Part shown: piece after piece, positions 32,215 through 47,253 of the stretch | Position numbering within the stretch: position 1 is the stretch's first letter | Layout of the letters: each line of letters begins with the position of its first letter | Source: Psilocybe cubensis | Lineage: Eukaryota | Direction of reading: 5' to 3' | DNA: 64,000 bases | Assembly: GCA_017499595.2 (NCBI GenBank) | Contig: CM039005.1 | Span: 1-64,000 of the forward strand | The notes under the pieces: generated by a model | What the model was told of the DNA's origin: nothing | Seen by the model: the letters and a program-made list of their open reading frames with translations, nothing else | Databases searched by the model: none | Program-made: the position numbers and the translations under genes

Positions 32215-33950
32215 GAGTATGCTGCTCAACTATCTTCTAGCAACTTCAGCTAATTGAAAACTTTGTGATGCAAGTAAAGATTGAGTTTCTTCAAGGGCAA
32301 GTTGAAGAAGCTGATTCTGGATCCGCTGGAGATCAACCCTACTTCCTGCATTCGCTTTCAACACAGAAAAATCGCTTGGAAACTGGTGCTTCATCCAATT
32401 CTGGACGTCTTGTTGAGCAAAGGCTGGAAGCCGGAATAGTGCTGAGTCTGGTACTTCTTGAAAGATGGCAGAACCACACTAAAGCAAAATATTTAATACA
32501 ATGCTGCATAGTTAATGAAACTCTTACCTGGAATAGATAGGGACGTAGCTCCATAACCATTGACCAGTAGTTAGCTGCTCCAGACAAATTTTGCCGTCCA
32601 ACAACATCCGAATATATTGTCTCAGCCATTGGACATACAAGACGGAGAAAAATCTCAGGGACATGGACATGACGCCAAATGGGGTCATACACCTCATGAG
32701 CTTTATATCCATGTGCACCGAGTACAGCCTATTATGTACACATCCAGTTAGTAAGTCTTTGAATAATAAAGAGAAAAGTTCACCTCTTTTGGAAGTGCTG
32801 GTGCATAGGTGTCATAATATGTCTCTCCTCATACCCATCCCATTCGGGACGTTACAGAGGGATCAACACTAACTCAAGATAAGTTATTAAGCATTGAACT
32901 AAATATATTTGAGCTTACCCTATACGCTCTTGATTATATCCAAGAATATGGCGTGGTAGATGTGCTTTTAAATGTGATATGAATTCAGCAGAAGAAAATG
33001 CCTTGACGTAGAGATTGTACAGGCTTTGCTCATGGTATGGCGTTTCATATGACTTCTTGCCATGTAGAACACGTACTTGTCGCCAGGTTTTATTGATTGA
33101 CCAGTTGATATCCAATGCTGATGTGATATCAATAACATCATGAAGGAAATGGTGATAAAAAGTGAATGCTCCCAGTGGGCATTTAACTGGATCAAGGTGG
33201 GCAATGAATACACTATACACCGGATTAACTTTCTGAATAGTGTAGATAATATATCAGATAGGGACAAGTAAATTGAGAGCTTAAATTTACCATTCTCATC
33301 CCTCTGCTAGCACCTGCCTTCTCCTCTCCTTGACATCCCAGAACACACGGAATGGCAGTCTCTTTATTTGGATGAAGAAAGACATATGGCTGCAGCTCAG
33401 CCAGTCAAAGTGCTCGGAAATCATCCCCACGGTTTCCTGACGCATTTTGTGCAGTCCAGCTCAAATGGCCATTGATAACCGAACGTACTATGAAAACATT
33501 GTCAAATTATTACCAAAGGATTCAAAAAGTTACTCACACTCTCGATGCATAAGAAAGCCTTTTCCAACACTGTTCATTTGCGCTTCTGTGATTCCGGAGA
33601 GAAATGTATTGGCAACAATGTCCGGCGCATCCTCTTTGGGTATGAGGCCTCTGATGATATGGAATTAGTAACTTATAATTAGTGTAGCAGATTAAAAAGA
33701 AACAGACTCTCGAGCCCATCGAAGAGCTTCATTCATACGACCTTTAAGTGCATCCCAAACGTGGACATTGGTTGCTGGGCACCGCTGAGAAAGACTGGGG
33801 TCTCTGGCTTCTTGCTCTTTACGGATACGGAGAGCACCAAAATATAGTTTCTTAATGTGTGACTAAGAATCAATGTAAGTTTTATACATCGCCCAATACA
33901 CTGATATACGGACTTACCGCGCCAATAAATATACCAAGTATGTCAATTCC
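32215..33950 (-). pseudogene. Degenerate Crypton/NDC10-like tyrosine recombinase
   Basis: RGDDFR (near 33430, followed by a stop), HLDPVKCPLGAF and AHLPRH (HxxR) motifs across intron-separated fragments. Confidence 0.55.
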
Positions 33951-34961
33951 GCACCCTCCCCTCTCATTTTCTGACCTAAATCACCGTGTTTCCGTCTCTT
34001 TTACTTGTTCTGAGTCAGCCAGTCGCGTTGCCCATCGTGCTGGGCCTGTCAATGCTCGCGTGGGCATGGACCATGCCTTGATCGATTCGATGGGTTCAGA
34101 TCTATGGGGGTCTTGATGTTCTTGTTTAGTCTCATGTCGATTAGCAGGGTTGGTGGAGACATGGGTAGGGTGTATTATATATTAGCATTATGATCAACAT
34201 GTGGAATTGGGATGTGTAGTAAAAGAGTTATCGGTTTGGTTCCTCTACATATTTCTCTGAATCCTCTATTTACCACCTCCGTCTCTTCCTACATTGACCT
34301 CTTCTAGATCCCTTTCATTTATATTTCCATCGACTACCCCATTATCGGCTTTGTCGCACTCGCACTCTGTCTTAATGTCATTTATGGTTCAATTGGCTTG
34401 GCTTGACTACATCATCAGTCTGCTCCACCACTCACACTCTGCCTTTCTGTCAAGGTTAAATTCAAGGGCTTACATACTTCCAGCCAAGCTCCCACCAACA
34501 TGCACAGCACGCATCTTGTATTCTCGTCGCATCGTGTGTACCCACAAAATCTTCATAGCCTTGTACCTCACTTGTGTATCATCTTCCCATGGCCTGCTTT
34601 TCTGCCCTCCTTTATGGCTGTCCATTTGCACATTTAATACCAATCTATAAACTTTTTGTTCATGTCTGTGGCAAGCATGCGCGTCAATGCACAGAATGTC
34701 AAAAAATGGACTGCCCTCATGGGCGCTTCAGCATTTGGTTACAGCTCCATTGTGGATATCATCCTTCATTTCCCAGATGTGGATATAAATATCCAGAATG
34801 AAGATGGGGACACAGCACTTTCATGGGCACTATATATGGGACATATTGATGTGGCTGCCCGTCTTTTGACTGTCCCGGGAATCCATGTCAATACACAGGG
34901 TATCATTGGATGGACTGCCCTCATGTGTGCTTCATATAATGGTTACTGCTCTACTGTGGAT
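33951..34961 (+). repeat. Inverted duplicate of 60165-61179: upstream region plus 5' part of the ankyrin gene (fragment 34656-34961)
   Basis: Near-identical reverse complement; matching ORF translations at both loci. Confidence 0.92.
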
Positions 34962-37200
34962 GGGGCACCAGGAAATCAGCGTGGTTACCCCGCGTGCGAC
35001 CTATTTTTGCGTGCCACGCATAAATGCGAATCGGTAAATTTGCGTGTCTTTCACATAACCTTGCGTGCAAAATGCTATATGTTGCGTGTGTATGACATTT
35101 AAACGCGTGCAGCATTGTTGAGGTAGCGTGCTATTTGCGTGCAACATTCTATATAAAATTCACTTAAAGAGCAGTGAATCTATTTTTTGCAAGCAATGTA
35201 GTATGCTACGCATTCAGTTGTACTAAATAATTAACTGATACCCCACTGCCTTTTCTTTGGAATAGGTCCAGGTTTAGGACGAGGGCTCTGGGGTTGAGCT
35301 TCTACCTTCTTTTTGGGTTGATCGATGTACTTTGGACCCGGCCTCATACAACAATATTAAAATATGACTATACTATTAAAATTTGTAACAAATACCAGCA
35401 TCTTCTCTGCCAGGATCTGAACCATTGGATGGGGCCTGCTCTTCCACTTCTTTACCATCCAGCAAAATCGGTGGATATTCCCCTCTAGTACGATGGTTAT
35501 CTACTATAGGCGTGTCCGGTCGCTCCAGCTCTCCAGTGTTGGAGTTGGAGTCATTGATCTTCATGTAATCTTCATCGGATATACCAGCTTCCATGGTGAT
35601 GTACTCAATGGCATTGTCAAGTCTTTGTGTCCATGCCTGGCGTTTGAAGCGATAAAATAACGTGAAGCCCTCATAACGCAGTCTTGGAGAAACTTTTGGT
35701 ATGTCTGAGTTTGTGGTAGGGTCAACTACCAAACCAAATCGTTGTGAAAAGGTATAACACGAATGATATGGAACCTCCTGTAGTAGTTTTGGTTTTTGCC
35801 AGCGATGTAACACACAAATTTAGCCTTTGGTTCGCTAATGGACCGTCCCCCATGTGCCATGCCGTCATATGTGTATATTTTTTTGCAATTGGGTGAATAG
35901 TAGCGCGATATCGAATGTTGGATAGAATGATTGAAAAGGACGAGGCAAAGTAAATCATACACAAATCCATCGCTCTTTCCAAGCACTTGCGTATCCGGAT
36001 ATAATGTAGCTGGGAAGTTCCAAGATTGAAGTTCCAAACCTTGGGAATTGGAGTCATCATCAGTTTCTATTGTATATTGACCTCGCAAAATTAATACCCT
36101 TAATATAGGTTGAATGTCTGCAACAGTATGTCATTTTATGCCCGCTTCTGGAGCCTAGAGGTAGTGAAAATTGAGGATCAATGCACATAGATACCAAGTG
36201 GGAACACAACTACATACCACAATATACTCATTTAATACATTTAACGAGTTTATTGCCGTTGAGTTTTACTTTTTAATTTATTTGAGATCTTTGAAACATT
36301 CAACATCAGTGCCTAGGTAAAAATTCAATATATCTAATGGTACATCCAGACATATTTTGCAGTGGAATAATCCAAAACGCATTATTTCTTACTAACGTGC
36401 AAACTTAGATTGCTTGCGGGGCCATCGCGTGCAGATAACAACTGTTTGCGTGTTGATTGCCCGCAATTAATTGGGTCGCGTGCTATCGCGTGCCGTCGCG
36501 TGCCATCGTGTTAACGTGGGAAAGTGGGTTGTGTGCTGCTTGCGTGGCAAATGCGTGTGATTGAGTGTACCTAGCGTGTTGTGGTGTCACGCTGGTGGTC
36601 GTTCAACAACATAAATTGCATGTCGAAAAGACAAAATTGTCATTTTTCTTAAAGTTCACCATTTGATCGGATATTACCAATCATAAACCGTTGCCGATTT
36701 TATTGCCGACTCATGGTTGCGGAGACAGAGATTGTGGCGACTCACATGCCGAAGGACTCGGCATACCAAACCATCCCTCGAGTTCATTGTTTGTATGGCC
36801 CCTCTAACAACAAATTATTTCATTGAAGTTCTACAGGTTCCGAGCCTCAAACACCTACACTTACCATGTATTATAGACTTTAAAGGTATATATATTGATT
36901 AATCCAAGTACATGATAAACCGTGTAATAATCTACATCCTAACTGCTTGATACCCGTGATGATGGCTGCACATGGAATTGGAGTACAAGGACATATTAAC
37001 AATACATTATTACACACCAAATAATGATCAATGAACGCTAATGACCACTGTTACATTACAATCCTACGTGTGACACAGCTGTGACATTGCGTGCAGAACA
37101 CATCAATATGCGTGCAGAAACACAGTTGTTGCGCAAAAATGCGTGTCACGCAGGCACACGCAAAAACGCACGCACGCGAGCAGCCACGCTATCATACCCC
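34962..37200. mobile_element. Putative degenerate TIR element with GGGG/CCCC termini and GCGTG-rich subtermini
   Basis: Left GGGG..AGCGTGGTTACCCCGCGTGCG..TTTTTGCGTG resembles the reverse complement of the right end; the left end coincides with the ankyrin truncation; no TSD seen. Confidence 0.35.
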
Positions 37201-40200
37201 AATCCTGATTGGAGATGAGATGTTCATTTTGGATCTACACACGACGCCCTCAACCCAAGCAGTCATTCTTTCCATAAGTCATCCACACATCTTATCTTAT
37301 CAACACTTGTCACATGGGAGCCACGTTATTCCGGATCATGTCACTTCGTCAGATCATCAAGGCTATGCGACGGATCAGTCAACCATCAAACTGCATAGCT
37401 TTCTACACTGCCTTGCACAGCCGGACTGTCAACTCTATTTTTATCAATTCAATGGTCTTACTCAGCGTCAGGCTGCGGATTACTCATTCCAACTTATTTT
37501 TGGTTTGTCTTACTCATCCTTTTGTGTTTATTTATATCTTTTCTATTGTCTGTTGCGCTTTTATTGTCTTTGTCTTACCAATCTTCTATGCTTTCTGACT
37601 CATCCTTGCTTCTTTTATCTAATCTGTATTACCATTCACCTTCGTCATACACTTCTTTCTTACTCATCCTATTCATTTCTTATCTGTCGTCGTGTCGATA
37701 TTGACATGTCTTATTGTTCTTGCTTATTGTTACACTTGCGTAGCCTCATTCTTGACACTTTGTACAGTATATGACTCGGTTTTCAGTAGCTTAGATTGGT
37801 ATTTCGTTCACGTAGCTTTTAGTATAAAAGCTGTAGTAGAATTACACGAAATGACAGGAAAGTTACACCCAGTCCCCACTTTCTTCAAAGCAAGTCAATT
37901 TTCATCCAAGTCAAGTCAATTTCAAGTCAATCCACATCGATTCATTTCAATTCCAAGCTCAAGTTCAAGCCAAGCCCAAACCCAAGTCCAATTCAGTCAT
38001 CAATTCCACCCTCCGTCGAGACCAAGTTTACTTCCATTCATCCGAAGTCATCTCGCTTTCCATTAAGAGAGGATTTCATCCGAGACCAGTCATCCTCCTC
38101 ATCCAACGCCTCTTCTTCTCAGCGTTGAATATCCAACTTCCATCCAGACCTCCAGTACTTCCCTACTTCCTCTCCTCCATTCAATCTGTCACCGCTCCTA
38201 CTCTTTCTACACCTTCCAACCATTGCCGTTAGGAGTGTATTCAAGACATCCTTTCCCTCCGTCAACTCATCTGGAGCGATTTCATTCGAGACAGACTTAG
38301 TCTTTCATCCTCGATTCAGTCAATACTCCTGCGACGTATAGCTTCATTCCAAGCTTCAGAAAGATTGTCAATTTAAAGACACTTTCACCATTCTTCAAGA
38401 TTCAGCCCGTTAACGACATTCCGACTCCTAGTCATCTTCTTATCTCCCCTCGGAACGTTCCCCACTCACTTCAGACAACCCCTCTAAGATTCACATTTAT
38501 TGATTTCTCATACGCAATCTACGCATCTTCTTCACGCTTTCCATATACACCCGCCATCCAATTCCACGGTTCCATCCCATTTTCGGAAGGCTTATTTACT
38601 ATCGTACCCAGACGACCCGGTTATCCTCTTCTTACTATTTCGCTTTTGTTACCCTTCACAATCCACACCATCCTAATCTACTTAAATCCTAGGCAGCGTC
38701 CTCCCTTAAGAAACTTAGGAGAAGGTTTCGTCCTATCCAGTCTGGACCACTCTTTCCCTGGGGTTTGTGTTTGTTGGATTACATATAGTTTATAACCAAT
38801 CACAAACTTCGATCTTCAACGCTGATTTCTGTATGCCCAAATACCCTTACAAGGGTAGACACGGAAGATGAAGAACGAACACAAAAGTTGATTTCAACGC
38901 ATTCAAGCGTTGAGCAACCAGTTTCATATTTTCACCCAGGAAGCGATTCTAGCACCCAGGCGAACTTTAACAACAGGTTCCACTCCCATATCGGAGAAAC
39001 GGAATCAACATATATATCTGAATCCATGCAGATCACGTCAAACCGCGAAGGGAGCTCCGGGGGCAACCCCGTCAAGCCTTTTGCCCAGCTAAGACGCAGA
39101 GATGGAGGGTATGATATGCTGTCCCCTTTTCTCCTCCAGAGTATGAACTGTGATGCTGGTACTAACAATTGTCATTTAGGATGACAAACTATCACTCCAC
39201 TCCACAAAACGGCGACATGTACGAGTTGGCTATTCATCTAGTCAAAAATGACGATTCGACCACTGACTTTACCTTTAAAAATTAGACAAGTTGCCAGCGC
39301 ATCCAGAAATTCTAGGAAGCGAAGGCTGTTGATGGAGGACAAAGACGGGTATGCACAACACACCTTTTATTACTCTTCTCAACATCTAAATCCTATCTCT
39401 TCCTTTTGCACTCTGTTCTAGCAGCACATCTGCGCCCGCCGCAAAACGTCCACGAAAGAGGTCACCAGGGGACCCTCTTCGGGACCAAAAGGCTGGTAAA
39501 GGCAGGGTTGTGAGGGCCCTGACGGCCGCACCAACTCGGAGGCCGCATCGCAAGCCGGCTACACCACGATGCATGGCTGGTCCGGTCTCGGAGGGGCATG
39601 TGGTGGTTCATGACTGTGAGCGCCACTCAAAAAAGGGGACAGAATTCACCTTCCAGGTGATGTCGGCCGCACAAAGGCCATAGGAGGTCAGGGTGTTGCC
39701 TCACACTCAACACATAGGCAGTCAAAAATGTGTAGTTAGTATCTAATAAAAATGAAAAAAGTAGAAATGCCTTGGTTGACACTGAGCCTTGCTCAAGTTT
39801 GAGCATTGTTTGTCTTGAAATGGGTAGATGGGAGAGCATCAGCGCTGTACAAAGGGAACAATGTTGCAGTGTGAGATAAAAGATCAGATAACACTTTGCG
39901 TTGACTTAATAATTCCGAGATAATCGAGAAGTGCAGTGACCATGCGACATCTCGCTATGAGCGGTGTTCGGCATTTGGTAGTTAAAGTTTGTTGATCAAT
40001 ATCGACAGATGGACCTCAAGGGCTCACCTGCATGATGTACATAATACAAAGAAATTTCATTGGTACATAATACATTCAAAAAACAAAATATGTGGTCGGG
40101 TAAAATAGTTTTCCTCCCCTTGTGACATTTCTTGTTAAGTCATCTGTCCCTTCTCCTTTCCAGCTATACAACAGGGCTGTTATTCTAACAGAAGCGACTG

Positions 40201-43200
40201 GATGTCGAGAGAGACCTGGGAGGTGGTGTCAATTGAATACTTATAAATGTAGATAGCCCTACTTCGCTACAAGTCGCACCAAGGATGATGTAGTACACAC
40301 GCACACAATGATAGGTAGAGAGGGGGTGCTTGGTCCGCTACATGACATGCCCGCTTGGTTGAAGCCTGAGTATGTGTCACAATGAAAGCACTGTAATCAG
40401 TTGCCGGGGTAACTCTAGAGCAGGCATGATTCCAGAGTGGGAATGAGCAGGGAGGTGAGCTACAATAGGGAGGTGAATGAATAGAAAGTATGAATCAAAA
40501 CCAGAGTGTGGTTAATTTAAGTGTCTATATGCATTATATTAACGATGCTCGTGTACGAAAGATATGCACCTGAAAGACTACTGACATGATTTGAGCGTAC
40601 AAAAGGTGGCACAATGGTGGATGAAGACAGCAAGTACCAAAATTGGAATCATTAGCTGGGTCTTGGATCCACATAAAGGATTACGCACTTGGTATTCCGC
40701 AATGTGATCCTAGCCTCCCATCGGTTTTCATCATGCTCTATAGGTTGCGGGTGCGAGTACAATACATTGGCTAGACGATAGTGCGCATAAACGTCAAGGA
40801 AGAGTAGAGGGCGTAAGAAGTGATTGGAACAAGAGGAAAGGGAGAGATAATTGGATGTCTGAAAGGCTCACCATTACCTCCAATCGTCCATAACCCATCC
40901 TTCACTGGATTGAAATCCCAACCCCCGAGACACACATTCCTTCAGGAGCGGCATGCATTCTATCTTGTTTGAGATGGGGTCGCGTCCAATAGCTTCTTTG
41001 GGGTATTCTCCAATTCTCAGAGCCAACGCTAATGGTGCCATAGATTCGACCTTGCGCCCAGGATTTTGAATAGTAACTCTGTACCCATGATAACATGAAG
41101 GTAATCAAAAGGTCCGGAGGCCTGGAGGCGGGGCTTGATATATTGCAGTGAAGGCAGCATTGATGACGCAACAATAAGAAAGTTGAGAATGGATCGATGG
41201 GAAATGTGGTCAGTGACAACGAGGGTAGTGCGGTGTGAAGAGACATACCGTTTCTGTACGTGTTCCACCTTGGATGTTAACAGCACGGGGGAACGGATAG
41301 TAAACCACTTACCAAGAGGGTGTTCTCCGTGCACCATCTAACTCTTGGCAGTTTTCCGCCGCCGTGTCAACGTGGGCGAAGGCCTGCTAGCTATTTGTAA
41401 GCGCAACATATTTGAGTTTTTGTACATCGATCAGGAAGAGGCAGATATGGTGGTCAAATTGGACAGTAAATTGAGTCATCGTGTGGGGCCGAAAATAAGA
41501 TATTGATTTACATACCTCTAGCCATGCCATGACGTGTCATCGGACTCCCCTTTTATTTCTGCAAAGATCTTCCTTGAACAAATAGGTGTCTAAGGTAAGG
41601 TACTCAGCCAAGAGTACCTATGGAATCTGGATTGGATGATTGAATACGAAGGGACGAGAGCGTGAGAATAGGAGGAACTCGGGATTCAAGAGGAGATTGA
41701 AATCAAAAGTTCTTTATTCACAGATTCACCCAATTTAACAATGCCTGCAAGACACAAGACAGAGGTAGCACATGAATTGCTTAACAAACACAGGTAACAT
41801 ATGTTTACAAGTCAACTTTATTGTTGGGTAGCGTCTGAAAGGGCGATTGAAGCTGTCTGTGTATGAATACATTAGTTTGTTTGTCAATCAAAGAGACCAA
41901 GGACAACTATGATCAAAGCAAATATTACCACACAATAATGAGATCCGACGCAAGTGGCTCTTGTAATAATCAATGGAATATCATACTGTCTTAAGGAGAA
42001 GTATACTTCAGTAGTATCATTGTGAGAGAATATCATTGTGAGAGAATAAAGGGATTTTTGTGGACAAGAATCTCACTCCGTCCATAGCAAACAAACAAGC
42101 TTTGCTTTCGCATTATTTATACATACTGAAACGTCGTGCAAAGCCCATCACACCCAATGCTTTACACATCTCTCGAACCTTTACCCATGTTACTGCGGCA
42201 GATAACAGTGCGATCCACGGTGACCACTATGCTTCGATTCACGCACACTCACAAACTGCGTCTTATCTGTCTATTGCTACATCTCCCTTTGATCATAGCG
42301 TCCTAGAAGCCCAAGTACGTTCTTTTTCGTCCCGAGCATCAATCTCAGTAGTCAGGGCTAAACTGGTTTATGATGTAAGCAGCAGTGACAGTTAGCTCAA
42401 GCAGCGATATATCAGCAGTCGCCAATGGTGAGTGTCCCGTTCATGTAGGTGTGGGATGTGCACAGCTCACAAATTTTGTATCACATAACCAGGTAGTCGT
42501 GGCATGAACAAAAGGGGATTCAGCACAGTGGTGTGACTACAGGGGAGTCAACGTGTAGCATTCACTATCAAATCCAATTTTAAGAGGGGCAAATCGCCCA
42601 GACACACCATTACATCGCCGTCGACATGCCACAAGAGTGATAGTTCAACTGTAGCGCCTCCGTCCTTGGGTTTATGATCTGTTGTTCTATGAACTGTTGG
42701 CTGGTGGGTACTCCTCCCTATTATATTCAAGTTGGATTGCTTATAGATACTTTATGCGTTGGAAGAGAATACATAACCATTACCTGAAGACCATACCATT
42801 GACAGATGTTACTCCTGACAGCATCACTTGGTCTCATGTCTCATGTCATCGTTTTCAAGAAATTTGGACACCACTGGACTGTGGAAGTGAAGCGAGCATC
42901 TCGCCACAGACTGTGTTCTTTGGGATCAAGAGTCTAAGGAAGGTGAAAGAAGAGTTGCAGAGACTCTAGCAACCACATCATGGCCCTGGCGGGTTTGCAC
43001 AGAGGCATTTGGTAATGCATAAACATGTGTGGCACCGAATAAGGTACTAGGACATCACCGTTAACTTTTGACCGCTCAAGAGCCATTGCAGGCTTCAGGG
43101 CGGTACCGAAAAAGTAGTTAGTATCCAATGAAAATAACGAGTTTAAGAACACATGTATCATGGATGTCACTGAATATCTTGATGGGTATAAGCACTAATC

Positions 43201-46024
43201 ACCTGTCGTTTGACGTAGATGGAACAATGTCGCTTTGCGACGACTTTAGTAAAGTCGTCGCAAAGTGAAATAAGGGATCACCAAGCGGTTTGGCAGTTTC
43301 TGCGGCATGCACATCAACTTGCAGGGATGGGGAGACACCCCATGCGCATATATGGGTCACCATTTATTGAATATATGCGCAATTCAATGGAAATTTTTAA
43401 AGCGGTGCAAAATATTCATGATATTAAATCATACATACATACATTTGACAGATACGCTGCGATAGAAATTAACACTGACCTACTTGAAGTCGTTCGTGTA
43501 CTGTGGAGTGCGAGCTAGGTGGATAGATGTCTACACGTGCGATACCATTGCCGTTGCAGTCACCTTCAGCGAGAGCGAGCACTGTGTCAGCATGGGTAAA
43601 GGGGGCGTGGGTAAGAAGGAACAGGATGGGAATGGCGGGACACTCGTGGAGGAGAAGGGAACACGTCGAAGAAAATTTAATGGGCGGGTTTCTGGGAAGT
43701 AGGGGGTTGATCGACATACATATAGTTGATAATAACTTGAATAAAAAGCATGAGGGGATACTTGTGTTCGACCGTGTCCGGTAGTCCTCCATTCTACCTG
43801 CTCACACACAGAATATAATACAGTCCTGAACTTGAAGGTTTTCTTAAACATATTTGGCTTCTAGTAGTGAAGTAAGTGATATCGATATTATTTGTTTGTG
43901 CGCTCTGGAGCCTGATCTAGACAGATAGATGTCAGCACACTCGTTGCCGTCATCATTGCCATTACACAAACACAAGCGCTGTCACGGTGGTTTTGCTTCG
44001 TCAGCAGTCAGCATAGGTGAAGACGTGGGTAGGAAGGATCAGAAGGGGTGAAATAGAGATGTGCGGGGGTGTTTGCGAGTGCGGAGGTCGATGAAGCGGT
44101 TGGCGGACAATGGTTACACAAATGGCACACGATAATTGATGGAAAGAGGCAAAGGTAGCTCCTTGAACAAAAGCAGAAACGATGAGACATGGCTTACATG
44201 TGTCCTCCAAAAGAGGCCAGTGGATCTTTGGCTAGCATTGGAAACCGTCCGTTCTGTGTTGCATCGCAGTGGGATTTGTATTGGTCAACTATATGCGTCA
44301 TTTGATGCGTACTTTTGTATCATTCAATGACATCCATAGTTATCTGAATCATACGTACATTTAACTGTCAGAATTGAACGTCCGTGCGCTACAGATTCAC
44401 CATTCCCAGCTTGCTTCGCCAAGCATCGAGCGTTGTAGTCTAGAAGGGGGAGGCACAAAATGACACCAGAAACCACATGACAGGTTGGGCAGATCTTGTA
44501 CGCATCAACAACAGAGTTGCCCTGCATGCGCTGAAAGAGAAGTGACAGACAGAGAACTGCAGAGCAAGGTCGTGCAGGCGCGACGGGTGTTTCTGCAACC
44601 AATGGGGGACTGTGTCAGAAAAGCATCCTGTGGTCGTTGTGATATGTGTAAGCGACTCTATGGCGAAATTTGCTGTTTTAGACACTGGGCGAGTGCATTT
44701 TGGGGGTTTTTGACGGCGACAGGAGCATGTCAATGGGAAGAGGGGAGCGAGAGCAACGAATTGGCGTATGAAGGTACTGCACATATGCGCCATAGTACGC
44801 ACACACGGTGTGGTGGATGACGTGTTATCAACAGAGGGACATGCGCGGAGCATTCAGAGGATAAAGGAGATGTAGTGTAGACACTGATATTCCAGTTCCA
44901 CTGCACTGACACCTAAGCCTAACAAAAAGCACAGAGGAGCTGTACACAGTATACCAAGAGCCGGTTATTGACTGGGTGTAGCTGTTGTGGCGTCGATGGT
45001 TTCGCGTGCGCTTGCCTCCAGTGCTGTGGGAAAGTGATGGTTCTGCTGCTGCGGTGTCGATGGTATTGCGTGCGCCTGTGAAGAACGTGATGGTGCTATG
45101 TTGCTGCATGAGAGAACGGTGGAGAGGAAATTTGAGCACTCACTGGACATCTGAATCCATCAACCCCTCCCCAAAGTCACACTACTGCTTTGTCCAACAA
45201 GTCCCCCACACTCCTTAAGCCTTTCAAGCTTCCATTCCTCTCAGTTTTAATCCCCGTATTCAAGTGGCTGGAGCAGAGCTTTGGAGACGGCGGGCAGAAA
45301 AAGGTTGAAGAACAGAGCAGCGCAGCCGGTTGTTTGGCTTTGCTGTTGTCAAGCGCATTCAGACTCCGCCTTCACGCGTCTGAATCCACCACACCGCACG
45401 GCCGCGGTTACGGCGACGGTATCGTTCGCCTTGATTACCCTTCTCCACTTCTTCTCTTAAGATAATGCAGTGTTATCTTTTTTTGTGTGTTAAGATTTAT
45501 ATTTCAAGTTGTGCACCATGACTAGGTTCTCTGTTGTAAAGTCGATGACTGTTCAAGTTCAACTTGAAGTTCTTATGCTCATCACTCAAAGCAAAGGAGA
45601 TAAAATAAAAACAATATATATAATCTAATCAGCCTCCATCAATCCAGTTGATGGAATGATAAGATACTAATTTTAATTCTACAATCCTCTGCAACTCCAA
45701 TCACCGCTTTTGCCTCTTCCTTTTCCCTACACCAGCCTTGCCCTGAGAGCAAATCTCCTCCCGGCTCCTAAAGCAAGTGTCATAGTCGCTTCTATGACCT
45801 TGCATTTTTCGCGGCTGCTATTCAGCCTCCCCACTATCACCATCTCCAGTTGACCCCCTCATCTCCGACTCTCTGCATAAAAAAACTGTCAGTGCCATAA
45901 TATCGAGAGATAGAGATCCACAAACTACCTTCCATCTTCGTTTGGGCTCGGTGCCGGTCAAGGCATCTGCTCAACGGGAATATCATACCCGGAGCCGTCC
46001 CCGTGGTGTTGTTCTCGGTGCTGA

Positions 46025-46567
46025 CACGGCGGGCAAAAGTGCTGACTAGTCAGCCTGGGAGTTGGTCTGACCAGTCACCTGACCAGTGTGCTGACTAGTT
46101 ACCTGACTAGTCATGTAGCTGTCACGCATTTATTGTCACGCTGCTAAGTTTCTGTAATTCTGCTCATTGATTGTAGAACAGAGAATTTCTTTTCTATGCC
46201 CCAGACTTACACAGGGCGGGCATCGTGTACTTTCTAAACAACGTCGGGTGACCGTGCACAAGTACTCTGAAAGCATGATTAGTTATCCATTTGTTTGAAT
46301 AATGACCGAATTTCAACCAAACACAAGAAATATCCAATTCCAAGTCATTCATTACTTTTTCTCAGTGACAGTGCTTTGGAAGACAATGGTTTATTCCCAT
46401 TTAATCTTATGTTACTGAACTCATTTACCAATACTAACCAGCGTGACAACATTTGTGTGACCTCTCCTGACTGGTCAGTTGATTCGTCACGGAACGCGTC
46501 AGGATATGGTCACGTGACTGGTCAGACCAACTCCCAGGCTGACTAGTCAGCACTTTTGCCCGCCGTG
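46025..46567. mobile_element. 543-bp MITE with 54-bp perfect TIRs starting CACGG and 3-bp TSD TGA (CMC/CACTA-like)
   Basis: TIRs at 46025-46078 and 46514-46567; TGA at 46022-46024 and 46568-46570. Confidence 0.88.
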
Positions 46568-47253
46568 TGAGAAGTATTTATTTGTGTGTTTTCTGTCTCT
46601 CTGGATGGACGACAGAAATTATTTGCATGTTCGTTATGACTGTTGCTCGGTACAGGTACCCTGCACGGCCTATTTGCCACTTTGTACGGATGATGTCTGT
46701 CTGACGCCGCCTGGCTCCGCATCACGCCCTGTGAACGCTTCTCTCGGGAGCGGCATGATGTGCAAATGAGAACGGTTGGGTCTACTGTTCTACTGGCCAG
46801 GCTATCCATGACAAGACGGTCCAAAATTATTGTCTCGGACTCATTGGTAATATTGCGGTCATCTTGGGACTCATCTCTGACTCGTGGAAGTCCGCTTATC
46901 ACTGGAACATCCGCTGACGAACGGATGAGTCTTGGAGAACCCACGTTTGGTGTTGTGTTTCCAATGTCAATGGTATAACTTGAGGACATTGCATAGTAAA
47001 CCCCCAAGATGTCTCGTGGGGTAGGTCCCACCAACGACAAAATGTCAGTCCAAGGTCCAGATGTATAGTTCAACGATGATGTCGCGTGTGGCGCCACTAC
47101 ATATGCTGGGGAACCAGCACTAGAAGAGTTTACAGCGTGTTGAGGCGATTTGGGCGTGCTAACAGGAACACTTTGGGAGGTGTGAACATGAATGATGTTA
47201 ACGTTGAATGTCGACATTGCTGAGTGCTTGTAAATTGAAAGGACAAAGTTCAA
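46568..47253 (-). CDS. Hypothetical Ser/Thr-rich ORF interrupted by the MITE
   Basis: 236-aa ORF runs into the MITE TIR; no homology recognised. Confidence 0.35.

Noticed and set aside
37201-39100. Possible solo LTR (pyrimidine-rich, TATAAAAG at ~37823)
   Set aside because: Could not define TG..CA ends, a TSD or a second copy
39560-45480. Short ORFs and weakly similar segments (39570-39960 vs 42975-43330)
   Set aside because: Possibly decayed paralogous exons, but no product can be supported
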